From the IMG/VR virus record IMGVR_UViG_3300030673_000009: DNA of 64,000 nucleotides. The stretch is one strand, 5' to 3'. Positions 55,201 to 63,266 of the stretch are shown piece by piece. Position 1 is the first letter of the stretch. Each line of letters begins with the position of its first letter. The position numbers and the translations under genes were made by a program. This DNA comes from an uncultured virus (IMG/VR IMGVR_UViG_3300030673_000009). Lineage: Duplodnaviria; Heunggongvirae; Uroviricota; Caudoviricetes. The notes under the pieces are model-generated. The model searched no databases, was not told where the DNA came from, and saw nothing but the letters and a program-made list of their open reading frames with translations.

Positions 55201-55793
55201 GGGGCCAGCGCCTTGGAGAACGCGATCGTCGCCGGCGCACTGGCACCCAGCTTCTTGGTCACCGTCGTCAGGGAGTCCGAGAGGGCCTCGAACTGGGAGA
55301 CGCCGTTGCCCATCGACTTGCCCAGCAGCGTCATGTCCCGGCCGATCGAGGCCGCATTCGTGTTCGTCGCCGCACCCAGCTGCACGAACGACTTGCCCAG
55401 CGACTTGAACTGCTGCTCCGACTTCACCCCGACGGACTGGATCGACTCCATCACGTCGACCGCGCCCTGCATGCCGATCGGGAAGTCCCGGGCCAGCGAG
55501 CGGGTCGCCGAGGACAGGTTCGCGAACGACTTGCCCGTCACCGTGGCCGTGGCCTCGATGTTCGCCAGGGCCTTCTGCTGCGCGGCCGCCGCATCCGCAG
55601 CGATCGAGTTGATCTTCGTGAAGCCCGTCAGCCGCTGCGTCGCCTGGACGAACGCCCCCGACATGTCCGCCGTCGCCCCGCGCACGCCGGTGGCGACCTG
55701 CATGTAGTTCTGCGACACCCCGATGGCCTGACCCATCGACTGGGTGAAGCCGGCGGTGTCAGCATTCAGCTGGAAGTCGACGGGAACGCTCAT
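49287..55793 (-). CDS. Tape measure protein
   Basis: 2168 aa helical, 11-residue periodic D-F/D-Y repeats, GIQSPSTVF and AEAGYPEAVIPL motifs; follows the chaperones. Confidence 0.96.
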   Translation of the reverse strand: MSVPVDFQLNADTAGFTQSMGQAIGVSQNYMQVATGVRGATADMSGAFVQATQRLTGFTKINSIAADAAAAQQKALANIEATATVTGKSFANLSSATRSLARDFPIGMQGAVDVMESIQSVGVKSEQQFKSLGKSFVQLGAATNTNAASIGRDMTLLGKSMGNGVSQFEALSDSLTTVTKKLGASAPATIAFSKALAPIAATVGIGQTSVMGLSAAMSSLGEDGVRSANVFNKVLLDMNRSIRDGGPELKAYADIMGTTSDKLRDMFKSNPTEVLNQFTESLSKAGQGSQRLLENLGFDSVRDTRSLQALARTPGGVRGAIDTSVGAYGSGSTKEAAGAAMGGVLDQASMLKETMGQTISNIGKPLMGVMGLQLKIATKVAGLMEGATGSDAYQKAGTVGAIGGAAWGGISTAMQGLMVAAMVKGGVNALRNSQQLKNFRQGAALASYGVGAEEGVPATRAERAGMGMQSAMMAGGMGSGRDALSTSGKVFSRGVRMAGDATNRFARGYYGNVLRMGLDEPQWHTPSGEAYIEARKAFKANEIPREDLNAARKAYMAGLVNPPGWKDTGKNLLETGRAITTDAGRFAGGTALKAAGKIGAGLSAIGGPMLAVGAGIAAGTWAYGQADQGQTNLQGMRDTSGDIYASMNSFAEATGKAGHGLVSFQQVVQETTSKMIAGNNSMDKALTVSGAEASASQNAGYKRAFTSMEGLSDPKSIAAQLTATLGPQAAPEDVARALMDVSNQWGSAAGREVAKEVTPYYVDAKKNTQDISTMVQDIGGKKSIGSIVGANADQTQLGTLLQNSAQQRATEVGLAYGGTKESGGLTISAQQIESVKQAQKIYEAMSADAKARNNGLLTGEMQTKSGVLSNILGVTEEQQKTSGLRQDWNVNAGDTAWMNGTSWQDFMKTLAKSGNDAARVYLEAQKQGMTSDYSWAAGDTEAVKQSKELAKSWEHGIGVSDSFSSSLYTASDAASKAGTELKSLPGDIRAGMRGVPRALADLAKQDTPKTEYAAGSAILDKVLASVQGNTTKANALLQGNLANAPSNMPELTTGLQAAITQLQTGAGAMQSAILGPRGMANQQIAAGFQAQSQQANISPQMSASNSMSISMGQSAQAQMAGDAKGVLLAYGQMNAGIMQASRSAGIQMGAIARDGALKVLWAEEDHRKQDKRARQDYNIQLKEMEFQHHRQEQRMTMEFNRSERYAAEDFARSKFTARRDYDTQMARAERDFNISVRRANRDNDLGIARAHRDFNISQARAQEDYDRQKARANEDFNKSMFRATRDFGIQQAQAAEDYNKARLRAQQDYDKQIKRMVEDSAKQMYDPYKRIAAQMVMDAGQLVTNLKDQTKAIQGQVDNLAKVRAMGLSEEAIKALNLADSSNAQQLARLVGDMQGNGAFAGQLNQQVTAKNTAATGLVTDQGNTAYARAAEDYATAQTRMAEDFTTATTRANEAFARQMADAQVDFSTSTARMEQDFNISVQRSTDDFNKSMADNAVNFANSMADMKESFQNGVDDARRNFDVAMSDMDFQYAQARIRAQEGFQQQLLFADQDLNHSISVMEKALKLSLARSDEDLATSVKRMKIQTANAISDVGAQLGASIAAMKESFNGLLETAGNSELQLAQRTEAMFAALGGPQGEAQKQLDRWAKMIIQQDELTKKLSKGGISPQDPVFYSQGYLPPQRMPDAQSEPGSYTDSYAQAAQAKPLPPMEIPGDPVSAFVEMGKNMWNGLVKGFTEAASDNLFVKSFEGLVGAVKGMLGIQSPSTVFAEIGRNIMEGLGQGIAAAAQAAWDFVTAPIKDLDIIGKVTGAWAATGKFLGDLGTTIAGLVSTGWSNLTAPIANLDIMGKITTAFGEAVTFMSGLGGKITTWISTAWTNIMDGMPTAGEVWTSVTGAFTTAKQWLQDLVKGGVDSVSGWVSTAWDNLTANLPSLDDIKTAVVDIFTGKNGLSSWLKSLPNTIKDDWLPDASFFTTAFSAIEDGIKNVLGAMIDAWNKIEWKIDFTLPEINIPGFNIAKFSIPLGLGKTLDFAGFGWDGTKIGGQHFSTGDIVPNIPNPWAKKALGGISMRQETATIAEAGYPEAVIPLNERGASYMASVMARYANAYDVKASQSNQYSTPITYNNVSYDQRTQYTGPITVQAQDPDEMNAKLEAKRRRQNLVSTVGAR

Positions 55794-56152
55794 CCCAAGC
55801 GCCCCTTCACCCGATTCGGCTGCTCACGCATGGCCTGCGCTACCTGCTTCGGGACGAGCGTGACTCGGGCGCCGGCGAGGGAGGCATCATCCTCACGGGC
55901 CATCTCCTTGATGTAGCAGCCATGGCACTGGACCGTGATCGGCTCGTACGCATACCAGTCCTCCTCCCACTCCCAGTCGCTCGTGCCGCAGGACTGGCAC
56001 TTGCTGCTGGACTCCAGGAGGTAGGCGATCAGCTTCGCCCGATCCTCCGGATCCCATCCTAGGAGCGCGGAGTGGGGAAGGCCGTGATCAGCGCACCACG
56101 ACTGCTCTAGGTAGAAGGTGCTGTCGTACCGGAGCCTTCTACGGTGAAAGGG
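55790..56152 (-). CDS. Tail assembly chaperone, -1 frameshift extension
   Basis: Open -1 frame after the CCCTTTC slippery site; WDPEDRAKLIAY...CQSCGT...CHGC. Confidence 0.75.
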   Translation of the reverse strand, partial: PFHRRRLRYDSTFYLEQSWCADHGLPHSALLGWDPEDRAKLIAYLLESSSKCQSCGTSDWEWEEDWYAYEPITVQCHGCYIKEMAREDDASLAGARVTLVPKQVAQAMREQPNRVKGRLG

Positions 56153-56544
56153 ACGTCCAGGCCCCTCGAGCACACCTCGATGCACCCCACGAAGACCTCC
56201 ATCACCTCACCGCGGGACCAGTCCTCGGAGTTCCAGATCTCCAGGGCCTCATTCGGGGTCAGCCGCGGCTCCCAGCTGCACGCCGCGATCAGGGCCGGGC
56301 CGAATGTCTCCGGGTTGTACGTCGCCCCGTCCTTCTTCTGCTCCGGGGTGGGCGGGTACTTGGCCATCAGGTCGTCGTACGCCCGCGAGCCGATCGCCTT
56401 CAGCGTGATCACGAACTCGATCACGTCGCCGTCGGCGTCCGGCACCATCAGGACGACTTCCTTCGTCCGCTTCGGCTTGGCCTGCAGGTCCGCGAACGTC
56501 GCCTTCCGACGGGTGTCCTTCTTGGCAGGGCTCGGTGCACTCAT
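56107..56544 (-). CDS. Tail assembly chaperone
   Basis: AGGAGACC RBS; between tail tube and tape measure. Confidence 0.85.
   Translation of the reverse strand: MSAPSPAKKDTRRKATFADLQAKPKRTKEVVLMVPDADGDVIEFVITLKAIGSRAYDDLMAKYPPTPEQKKDGATYNPETFGPALIAACSWEPRLTPNEALEIWNSEDWSRGEVMEVFVGCIEVCSRGLDVPFTVEGSGTTAPST
56146..56152 (-). other. -1 ribosomal frameshift slippery heptamer C CCT TTC
   Basis: X XXY YYZ in the correct frame near the chaperone C-terminus. Confidence 0.75.
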
Positions 56545-56628
56545 CACTGGTCTCCTAGGGGTGAAAACGCGTCGAGGAGGAACTCCCACCGACTGTAGCG
56601 GGAGATCCTCCTCGAGCAGCGTCATGAA

Positions 56629-57402
56629 CTACGGCGTGTGGACGAGGACGCCCGTCGCCGTCTGGCCGCCGGTGCCCGTGCCGTTCACGGCAGCGACCTT
56701 GAAGAAGTAGTCGGTGCCCGTGACCAGTGCGGTGATCCGGGCGGTCGTGCCGGTCTTGGTGATGTTGGTCGTGACCTCGGTGTACGAGCCACCCAGCGTC
56801 GACGACTGGTAGACCTTGTAGCTGGTCGGCGAGCCGAGCAGCGGGGCGTCCCAGTCCAGGACGACGACCGTGGCCGACTCCGCAGCACCGGTGAGGTTGC
56901 GCGGCACGCTCGGAACGGCAGCGACACCCGTGACGATCGCGGACTCCGCCGGCTCCTCGGGGACCGAGCCGGTCACCGTGAAGGTCTGGACGGTGTTGGA
57001 GGCGATCGCGGCCATGGTGCGCGAGACGACCATCAGCGGCCACACCTCGACGCCGTCGCCCGCACGAGGCTTCTGGTTCACGCCCGAGCCGCCGAAGCGG
57101 GAGACGAAGAAGTAGCCGTCGGCCGCACGCGGAAGGGTCTCCCACGCGGTGTCGGCCTCGTCGTCGCGGTAGAAGTCACCGGTGAACGACGCCTGGACAG
57201 TGCCCGGGACCGAGGTCTCGAAGAGACTGTCGAGGTTGGGGGTCGGCACCGTGTTGCCCTGCGCCGAGGGGTTCAGCGAGACGATGAACGGCGTCAGCAC
57301 GATGGCAGCGTCGAGCTCGGCCTCGGTGGGGGCAGCGAGGACAGCCGGACGGACAGTCGTCCACGCAATCCAGGTCTGCTCATTGGGGATGATGCGTGAC
57401 AT
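56629..57402 (-). CDS. Major tail (tube) protein with C-terminal FN3 domain
   Basis: APTEAEL, GDGVEVWP; PSVPRNL...LDWDAP...YFFKVAAVN. Confidence 0.88.
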   Translation of the reverse strand: MSRIIPNEQTWIAWTTVRPAVLAAPTEAELDAAIVLTPFIVSLNPSAQGNTVPTPNLDSLFETSVPGTVQASFTGDFYRDDEADTAWETLPRAADGYFFVSRFGGSGVNQKPRAGDGVEVWPLMVVSRTMAAIASNTVQTFTVTGSVPEEPAESAIVTGVAAVPSVPRNLTGAAESATVVVLDWDAPLLGSPTSYKVYQSSTLGGSYTEVTTNITKTGTTARITALVTGTDYFFKVAAVNGTGTGGQTATGVLVHTP

Positions 57403-57466
57403 TGGGTTCTCCTTGTGTCGACCTCGGCGAGGTGGCTGTCGTATGTCAGTTTAGGACCGCGATCGG

Positions 57467-57922
57467 TCAGGTGCCTCGCTTCACGGCATGCAATGTGAGC
57501 GAGTCAGTGGCGTTCCAGATGGGTGGATCCACGCTGTCGTTGCGCAGCACTCCGCCCAGGGACTGCCACTCGACCCACGTGATCTCGAAGGCATCGGGGG
57601 CGCCGAACAGCTGCTTCAGCAGCCCCGACACCGCCTGGCGGCAGGCCGTGCCCGTCCAGTCCACCTGGGCCCGCGCAGCACCGTGGTAGCGCAGCTGGAA
57701 CGAGCACACCCACGCGTCCTCCTGCCGGGCCAGCGTCAGCTCAGGGGTGCGCGGCCGGGCACCGGAGAAGGCCACCACCGCGTACGGCACGAACTGGTCC
57801 ACATTCGGCTGCCCCTTCACCCAGCCGCCGGCATCCGGGGCGATCCCGTCGCCGACCTCCAGCCAGGAGATCTCCGCCAGGGCAGCGATCACGTAATCCG
57901 TCAGAGCACCGGTATCAAGCAC
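57467..57922 (-). CDS. Tail terminator-like protein
   Basis: Position before tail tube; VGDGIAP, PYAVV. Confidence 0.72.
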   Translation of the reverse strand: MLDTGALTDYVIAALAEISWLEVGDGIAPDAGGWVKGQPNVDQFVPYAVVAFSGARPRTPELTLARQEDAWVCSFQLRYHGAARAQVDWTGTACRQAVSGLLKQLFGAPDAFEITWVEWQSLGGVLRNDSVDPPIWNATDSLTLHAVKRGT

Positions 57923-58184
57923 GGATGCAGCCCTCGATTCCCTTGCGGACCGAGTCGATCAGCGGCCGCCTGATCCGGGCAGCCACCTGGGCGCTCGAGG
58001 CCCGCGGGTTCACGCTGAGCACCCGCACGATGATCCCATCACCGGTGCGGCCCACCGCCACTCCCACGCCCGGGGCACGCACCTGCCGGGCCACCTTGGA
58101 AGCCTCCGCCTCCATCGTCGCCGGCACGTCCTCGACAGCCTTCGCCAGGCGCTCCAGGTAAGCCACCAGCTCCTCCGGGGTCAC
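57915..58184 (-). CDS. Neck/tail-completion-region protein
   Basis: GTGA coupling; position. Confidence 0.55.
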   Translation of the reverse strand: MTPEELVAYLERLAKAVEDVPATMEAEASKVARQVRAPGVGVAVGRTGDGIIVRVLSVNPRASSAQVAARIRRPLIDSVRKGIEGCIRA

Positions 58185-58648
58185 TGCCACTCCACCGGGA
58201 CAGGCGGGGCACCGGTGTCGATCCAGTGGCTCGCATCCTCCACGCCCATGCACGTCATCCGGCGCACCACCGGGAACTGCCCTGCTGCCTCCGTGTCCCG
58301 GCAGCGGAACGTCCGGCCCACCATCAGCGGGTCGTCATGCGCCGTGACCTCCACCAGGTCGTCCGGGCGCGGGTCAGGCTCGTACGGCACCCCGTCGATC
58401 ACCACCTGTACAGGGATAGACACGTACGTGTTCTGGAACTCCTGGCTCTCATCCCCGATGCCCAGCAGCAGGGGGCCGGCCACCGAGTAGACCCGGGCCC
58501 TGCCCTTGTAGACCCCGCCCAGGCGCTCGGAGGCCAGATAGCCGGTCACGTCGTTCAGCACAGCCTCGGCGGGCCGAGTGATCGTCACCTCGGCCGTCAT
58601 GTTCATCTCCGCGTACCTGCGGGCCGTGGAGAGCGCCACCGCGTACAT
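58181..58648 (-). CDS. Head closure (stopper)-like protein
   Basis: VTITRP...VYKGRARV...DLVEVT. Confidence 0.72.
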   Translation of the reverse strand: MYAVALSTARRYAEMNMTAEVTITRPAEAVLNDVTGYLASERLGGVYKGRARVYSVAGPLLLGIGDESQEFQNTYVSIPVQVVIDGVPYEPDPRPDDLVEVTAHDDPLMVGRTFRCRDTEAAGQFPVVRRMTCMGVEDASHWIDTGAPPVPVEWQ

Positions 58649-59133
58649 CAGTACCCCGGGTAGTACTCGGGATAGAACGACGGGTACTCGCTCGGGTCGT
58701 AGTCGCCGAAGTTCTGACGGCCTGCGAGGTAGTTGTCCATGAAGCCCAGGCCGAACTTCAGCGGCTTGATCGACTCATCCCACTGCTGGTCGAACAGCGC
58801 CCCAGAGAACGTCGGGGAGGCCATCGCCTGCTCCTGCTTGTACTGGTCCCGCAGGCTGACCGCAGCCGCCTCGAACTTGGACTGCAGCTCCGAGACGCCC
58901 ACGGACACGCCGTCGGCGCTGACGGACACCTCACGGGCGTAGTGGGCCGCGATGATCTCGCAGCACACCGCCGCGTTCAGGGTGTTCGAGCCGTACAGCG
59001 GAGCCCACTTGCCGATGACGAAGGCGATCTCCTGATCGCTCAGCAGCGGCCGCGTGGAGTCCGTGTCACCGCACAGGAACCGGACCTCGTCCTTGTCGGA
59101 CGCGGCCGGGTCGCCTGAGTAGGTGAAGGTCAT
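58648..59133 (-). CDS. Head-to-tail adaptor
   Basis: MTFTYSGDP...VRFLCGDTD...LLSDQEI. Confidence 0.8.
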   Translation of the reverse strand: MTFTYSGDPAASDKDEVRFLCGDTDSTRPLLSDQEIAFVIGKWAPLYGSNTLNAAVCCEIIAAHYAREVSVSADGVSVGVSELQSKFEAAAVSLRDQYKQEQAMASPTFSGALFDQQWDESIKPLKFGLGFMDNYLAGRQNFGDYDPSEYPSFYPEYYPGY

Positions 59134-59480
59134 CGGCCCGCCTTCAGGAAGTCCCCGCCCACCGGCATGAAGTGGCCCTTCGCCCGCTTGAACGCAGGCT
59201 TGCCCCGCAGCACCTTGCCCTTCGGGGTCATCAGCACCAGGCGCCGGGCCGTCGGGGTGTACGCACTCTTGGCCATCACCGGCTTGGGGATCCGCGGGGC
59301 CTTCGCCCCCGGCACGCCAGGAGCCCGGCCGCCCGTCGGCGTCAGGCGACCAGCCTTGGGCGCGGCGATCTTCGGGGCAGCTGCCTTCGGCAGAGCCATC
59401 ACCGGCTTGGGGATGGACGGCTTCGTCACGAAGCGCGACATCGTCTTGGGCGGAGCCATCACACCCGGCAGCCCCGGCAT
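59130..59480 (-). CDS. Pro/Lys/Arg-rich basic protein
   Basis: 116 aa, almost no acidic residues; IPKPVMA duplicated. Confidence 0.65.
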   Translation of the reverse strand: MPGLPGVMAPPKTMSRFVTKPSIPKPVMALPKAAAPKIAAPKAGRLTPTGGRAPGVPGAKAPRIPKPVMAKSAYTPTARRLVLMTPKGKVLRGKPAFKRAKGHFMPVGGDFLKAGR

Positions 59481-59482
59481 GG

Positions 59483-60820
59483 CTAGTAGTACCTGGCGTC
59501 AGTGCTCTTGCGACCCGCCCGGAACGACCCACCCAGGGCCAGGGCCCCACCGGTCACCGCCGCCGTCGTGCGCACCGGATGAGCGGACACCGCCGCCCCA
59601 CCCTGCCACAGCGGACCGGTGGTGAAGTTGTGCAGCGCGTACGACGGCTTCGGGGCCGCCGGATCACGCGTGGCAACGATCGGGGTCTTGTACGTCAGCT
59701 TCCGCTTGCCGCTCGAGGACAGGCCCACCTCGGCCTGACGCGCTCGAGCACCGCCGATGCCCGGAGCCCGCACCAGCGAGCCCACCTTCGGCAGGCGAGC
59801 CTTGCCGACCGGCACCAGCTGGCCGGCACGCTTCTTCTTCGCACGGTGCATGGCGTACAGAGCCGCGCCGCCAGCCACCGTGCCACCGACAGCAGCACCG
59901 ATCAGGGCACCACGACGGATCTGCCGGGGAGAGGCAGAGGACCTCAGGTTCTCGTTGATGCGCAGCGCACCAGCCCGCAGCTCATCCGGCGACTGACGAG
60001 GAGCACGAGGAGCGCGAGTCCTCGGCGGGTTCGGGTTCAGGTGCAGGCTCTCGGGCACCACGGCCTTCTTGCGGGTCCGAGGCTTGCGCGGGGCAGCCGG
60101 AGCCGCCACCGGGGTCACCGGGGCCTTGCGGCGCACCGGCTTCTTCGTCGCCTGCGTCTGCCGGTCATAGGCATCCATCACCGGCTTGTGCTCGGCCACC
60201 ACCTTGTCCCGGTGATCGATCGCGGCCTGCGTCGCCTTCGCCTGACGCGCCAGCTCCGCCTCCATGCCCGCGAGATCCCTCGGCAGCTTCCGGGCTGCCT
60301 TGGACAGCGTGTACGCCTTCGCAGCAGGCATCACCACCGGGGCATACCGCTGCTTCGGCTTGTCAGAGTGCATCGCCGCAATGCCGCCAGCGCCCACAGC
60401 ACCACCAGCGGCACCCACGCCCGCCCACACGTTCCGCAGCCGCTTGGCCTCGCCCACGCCACGAGTGGTCATCGAGTCCACCCGGGCATCCATGTCATTG
60501 GCATCGCGGATCGCCGCCGAGCGAGGGCCCTTGCCCGCCGCTGTCGCGTTCGCCCGCATCGCACCGGCACGACGGCCAGCCCGGCCGGCAGTGTCCAGGT
60601 AGTCCTTCACCCCGCCGGTGCCGAACACCTCACTGGCCACCCGCTTGATCGCCTTCGGGTGCGAGCCGATCCGAATCTCATTGCCCGCCGCATCCACGTC
60701 CGTCATCGACGCCGCGGACCGGTAGTTGCGGGCCAGGCTCGACACGTACCGCTGGCCCAGCTTGCGGGCCTCCAGCAGGCGGCCCTTGGCAACCTCATCG
60801 GAGTAGACGAAGTGACTCAC
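59483..60820 (-). CDS. Basic modular Gly-zipper protein (putative head-packaged polyprotein)
   Basis: GTG at 60820 with GGAGG RBS; three Gly/Ala segments, each after a cationic tract. Confidence 0.75.
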   Translation of the reverse strand: MSHFVYSDEVAKGRLLEARKLGQRYVSSLARNYRSAASMTDVDAAGNEIRIGSHPKAIKRVASEVFGTGGVKDYLDTAGRAGRRAGAMRANATAAGKGPRSAAIRDANDMDARVDSMTTRGVGEAKRLRNVWAGVGAAGGAVGAGGIAAMHSDKPKQRYAPVVMPAAKAYTLSKAARKLPRDLAGMEAELARQAKATQAAIDHRDKVVAEHKPVMDAYDRQTQATKKPVRRKAPVTPVAAPAAPRKPRTRKKAVVPESLHLNPNPPRTRAPRAPRQSPDELRAGALRINENLRSSASPRQIRRGALIGAAVGGTVAGGAALYAMHRAKKKRAGQLVPVGKARLPKVGSLVRAPGIGGARARQAEVGLSSSGKRKLTYKTPIVATRDPAAPKPSYALHNFTTGPLWQGGAAVSAHPVRTTAAVTGGALALGGSFRAGRKSTDARYY

Positions 60821-60822
60821 GA

Positions 60823-61065
60823 CTAGACCTCCACAACGTCGAGGTACCCGCTCCTCACCCACGACTCCACGCGAGTCCATGAGTTGGCCTCAGGGACCAC
60901 ATCCCCGATCTTGAACTTCTTAGCACCGATCTTGATCGGCTTGCGAGCGATGTACGTCACCCCGTCCGTCGGCCCGGGAGCGGCTGCAGCCTCAACCGGC
61001 TGCTTCGGCTTCCGGGTCCTCGCACGAGGACGCACCTGCTCCGAAGGAATGGTCTCCAGGTCCAT
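60823..61065 (-). CDS. Small head-region protein
   Basis: YIARKPIKIGAKKFKIGDVVP; resembles the N-terminus of 61068-61853. Confidence 0.7.
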   Translation of the reverse strand: MDLETIPSEQVRPRARTRKPKQPVEAAAAPGPTDGVTYIARKPIKIGAKKFKIGDVVPEANSWTRVESWVRSGYLDVVEV

Positions 61066-61067
61066 GA

Positions 61068-61853
61068 CTACGCCGGAGTCACGTTGACGGCCGTGGACGC
61101 CGCGCCATTGCCCGCGATGTTCACCGCACGCAGCTGGATGCTCACCTGCACGCCGTTCGTCAGGCCCGTGACCACCAGAGGCGAGCCCGTGCAGGCAGGG
61201 ACCTTGGAAGTCCACGCGCCCGCGCCCACCTTGTACTGGTACTCGCTGATCGGCGCCCCGCCATCGTTCGAGGGGGCGTTGAACGCGATGCTCGCGGACG
61301 TGTTGCCAGGAGTGGCCACAAGAGCAAGCGGCGCAGACGAGGTCGTTCGCGGCGTAGCAACGGTCGCACTCGAGACCACACCCTCCCCGAACGCGTTCAC
61401 GCTGCGCAGCTCGAACGAGTACGCCTGGCCATTGACCAGGCCCGTGAACACCTGGCCGTTCGTCACGCTCGCCCACTCGCCGCCATCGATGCGCCCCTGC
61501 GTGCTCGTGGCACCACCAGCAGCCGTGAACGCCAGCGTCAGCTGCGCGTTGCCCGGGGTCACGCTGATCCCCGTCGGGGCAGCAGGAGCATCCTGCAGCT
61601 CCTCCTGCTCCAGGAAGTCCCGCAGCACCACCGCGCCGAGCGGGGTCACCGTGGGGTGCCCCGCCGGCGTACGGCGATGGAACGGGTCCGGAGTGGCGTA
61701 CAGGACGCCCTTGGACAGCAGGGCGTTCAGGGCGTTCGTCCTCGCCAGCTCCGTCACATGCGCGACGTCCAGACGATCACCCTTCGCGTAGGAGTGACCC
61801 CGAAGGGTCACCGCCCTACCCGCCTTGATGTCCGTGGGAACCCGGCCGGCCAT
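61068..61853 (-). CDS. FN3-repeat capsid accessory (Hoc-like) protein
   Basis: Two FN3 domains (APTGISVTPGNAQL, GLVNG, LRSVN; NDGGAPISEYQY, GLTNG, LRAVN); directly after the capsid gene. Confidence 0.8.
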   Translation of the reverse strand: MAGRVPTDIKAGRAVTLRGHSYAKGDRLDVAHVTELARTNALNALLSKGVLYATPDPFHRRTPAGHPTVTPLGAVVLRDFLEQEELQDAPAAPTGISVTPGNAQLTLAFTAAGGATSTQGRIDGGEWASVTNGQVFTGLVNGQAYSFELRSVNAFGEGVVSSATVATPRTTSSAPLALVATPGNTSASIAFNAPSNDGGAPISEYQYKVGAGAWTSKVPACTGSPLVVTGLTNGVQVSIQLRAVNIAGNGAASTAVNVTPA

Positions 61854-61854
61854 C

Positions 61855-62835
61855 TCAGGCCACCGCGTCCTTGACGAACACGCCCATGTCCGGGCACACG
61901 ACCTTCATGTCGTAGGTCATCTCGGCCTCGACACGATCCGACGCGATGTGCTCCATGCGGAACCGCTTGATCTTGATGCCCTCGGAGTTGCCGCCGAGGT
62001 AGCCGTTCCACGTGAAGGTGTAGCCCGCCGACGGCGTCATGAGCGAGGGGCTCGCCGGCGCGTACGCCAGCAGGGCCGACTTGCTGCTCGTCATGAAGTC
62101 GTACGTCGCACCCGCATCCTGTTCGGCCGCATCCGGGATCTGCGGGGTGTCCGCGATCGTCGCGTACGAGGTGTAGAGCTGGTCGATCCCGAACAGAGTC
62201 GCGATCAGGTCCTCGGAGACGATGCCCTTCTGGGTGTACTTGATGCGGTCGATGATGTCCGGGTGCTGCTTGAGGGCGTTCATGACCTCGGCACCGAGCA
62301 CCATCTTGTTGGGCTTGAAGCCCGTCGCCCGGCGGTAGTCCAGGATCCAGCCGGCCACATCGCCGATCGGGTCCGAGCCGCCATCGCTCCACTTCGTGAA
62401 GTCCGTGGCGCCGGTGTAGTGCACGTCCCACGCGCCCTCGACGAAGAACCGTGCGTTCCAGTCCAGGTCACGCTTGAGGAGCATCTGGTTGGTGATGAAC
62501 TCCGTTGCGTCGCGGTCCAGGTTGAAGTTGGAGTCCGCGTTGCTCCGCAGCTGGTCGTCGACGTCCTTGTGGACGGCGTAGACATGCGCGAAGTACTGGT
62601 CCGTGGTGACGTTCCAGCCCACGCCCGGCGACTCGGTCGAAGGGGCGCGGCGCTTGACGTCGGTACGGCGCCAGTCGCTCTTGGAGTACTTCCAGTACAG
62701 GTCCGACTGCTTCTTCACCGGGCACTTCGGGAAGACCTTGTCGGCGATGTATGCGTCCGAGGACTGCATCCATGCGACGCTGACATTCGTCAGCGGCACA
62801 TTGACGTGCAGGTCAGACTGGCTCGGGCTTGGCAT
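61855..62835 (-). CDS. Major capsid protein
   Basis: 326 aa; VPLTNVSVAW...IADKVFP..PV, W..SDPI, PNKMVLG, HPDI, PSAGYTF. Confidence 0.92.
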   Translation of the reverse strand: MPSPSQSDLHVNVPLTNVSVAWMQSSDAYIADKVFPKCPVKKQSDLYWKYSKSDWRRTDVKRRAPSTESPGVGWNVTTDQYFAHVYAVHKDVDDQLRSNADSNFNLDRDATEFITNQMLLKRDLDWNARFFVEGAWDVHYTGATDFTKWSDGGSDPIGDVAGWILDYRRATGFKPNKMVLGAEVMNALKQHPDIIDRIKYTQKGIVSEDLIATLFGIDQLYTSYATIADTPQIPDAAEQDAGATYDFMTSSKSALLAYAPASPSLMTPSAGYTFTWNGYLGGNSEGIKIKRFRMEHIASDRVEAEMTYDMKVVCPDMGVFVKDAVA

Positions 62836-62856
62836 CTCAGATTCTCCTTGTCAGTC

Positions 62857-63264
62857 TCAGGCCAGCAGGACGCTGATGAGTTCGCCGGCACCGCCGCCGG
62901 TGATGGCGGTCCCTGCCAGGGCCTTGCCGGAGACCCACTTGATGGCCTTGCCGGTGGTGTCCTGAGGGCTGATGGGGTCGCCCGCGGCGACTGTGGCTCC
63001 GGCCACCACGAACACGATGCCACGAATGGCGATCGTGGCCGCCTGGCCAGCGACCTGGGGCTTGGACTGGCAGACCCCGATGACCGGACCCTCGTCGGCG
63101 TCCGCGAGGCCCACAGTGGACTCCCCGGTCACCTTCACGAAGCGGTACTGGGCCTTGCCGTCGTTCGGGTTCGCCGAACCTGGCAGGCCGGGAACACCGG
63201 TGTAGCCGGCAAGGCTCGCATCTGCGGCCAGCGAGACGGACCGGACGCCTTCCTCGAATGCCAT
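62857..63264 (-). CDS. Capsid decoration/cement protein
   Basis: QYRFVKV...IGV.Q.KP...G...AG.I....GKA; between scaffold and capsid. Confidence 0.8.
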   Translation of the reverse strand: MAFEEGVRSVSLAADASLAGYTGVPGLPGSANPNDGKAQYRFVKVTGESTVGLADADEGPVIGVCQSKPQVAGQAATIAIRGIVFVVAGATVAAGDPISPQDTTGKAIKWVSGKALAGTAITGGGAGELISVLLA

Positions 63265-63266
63265 GA

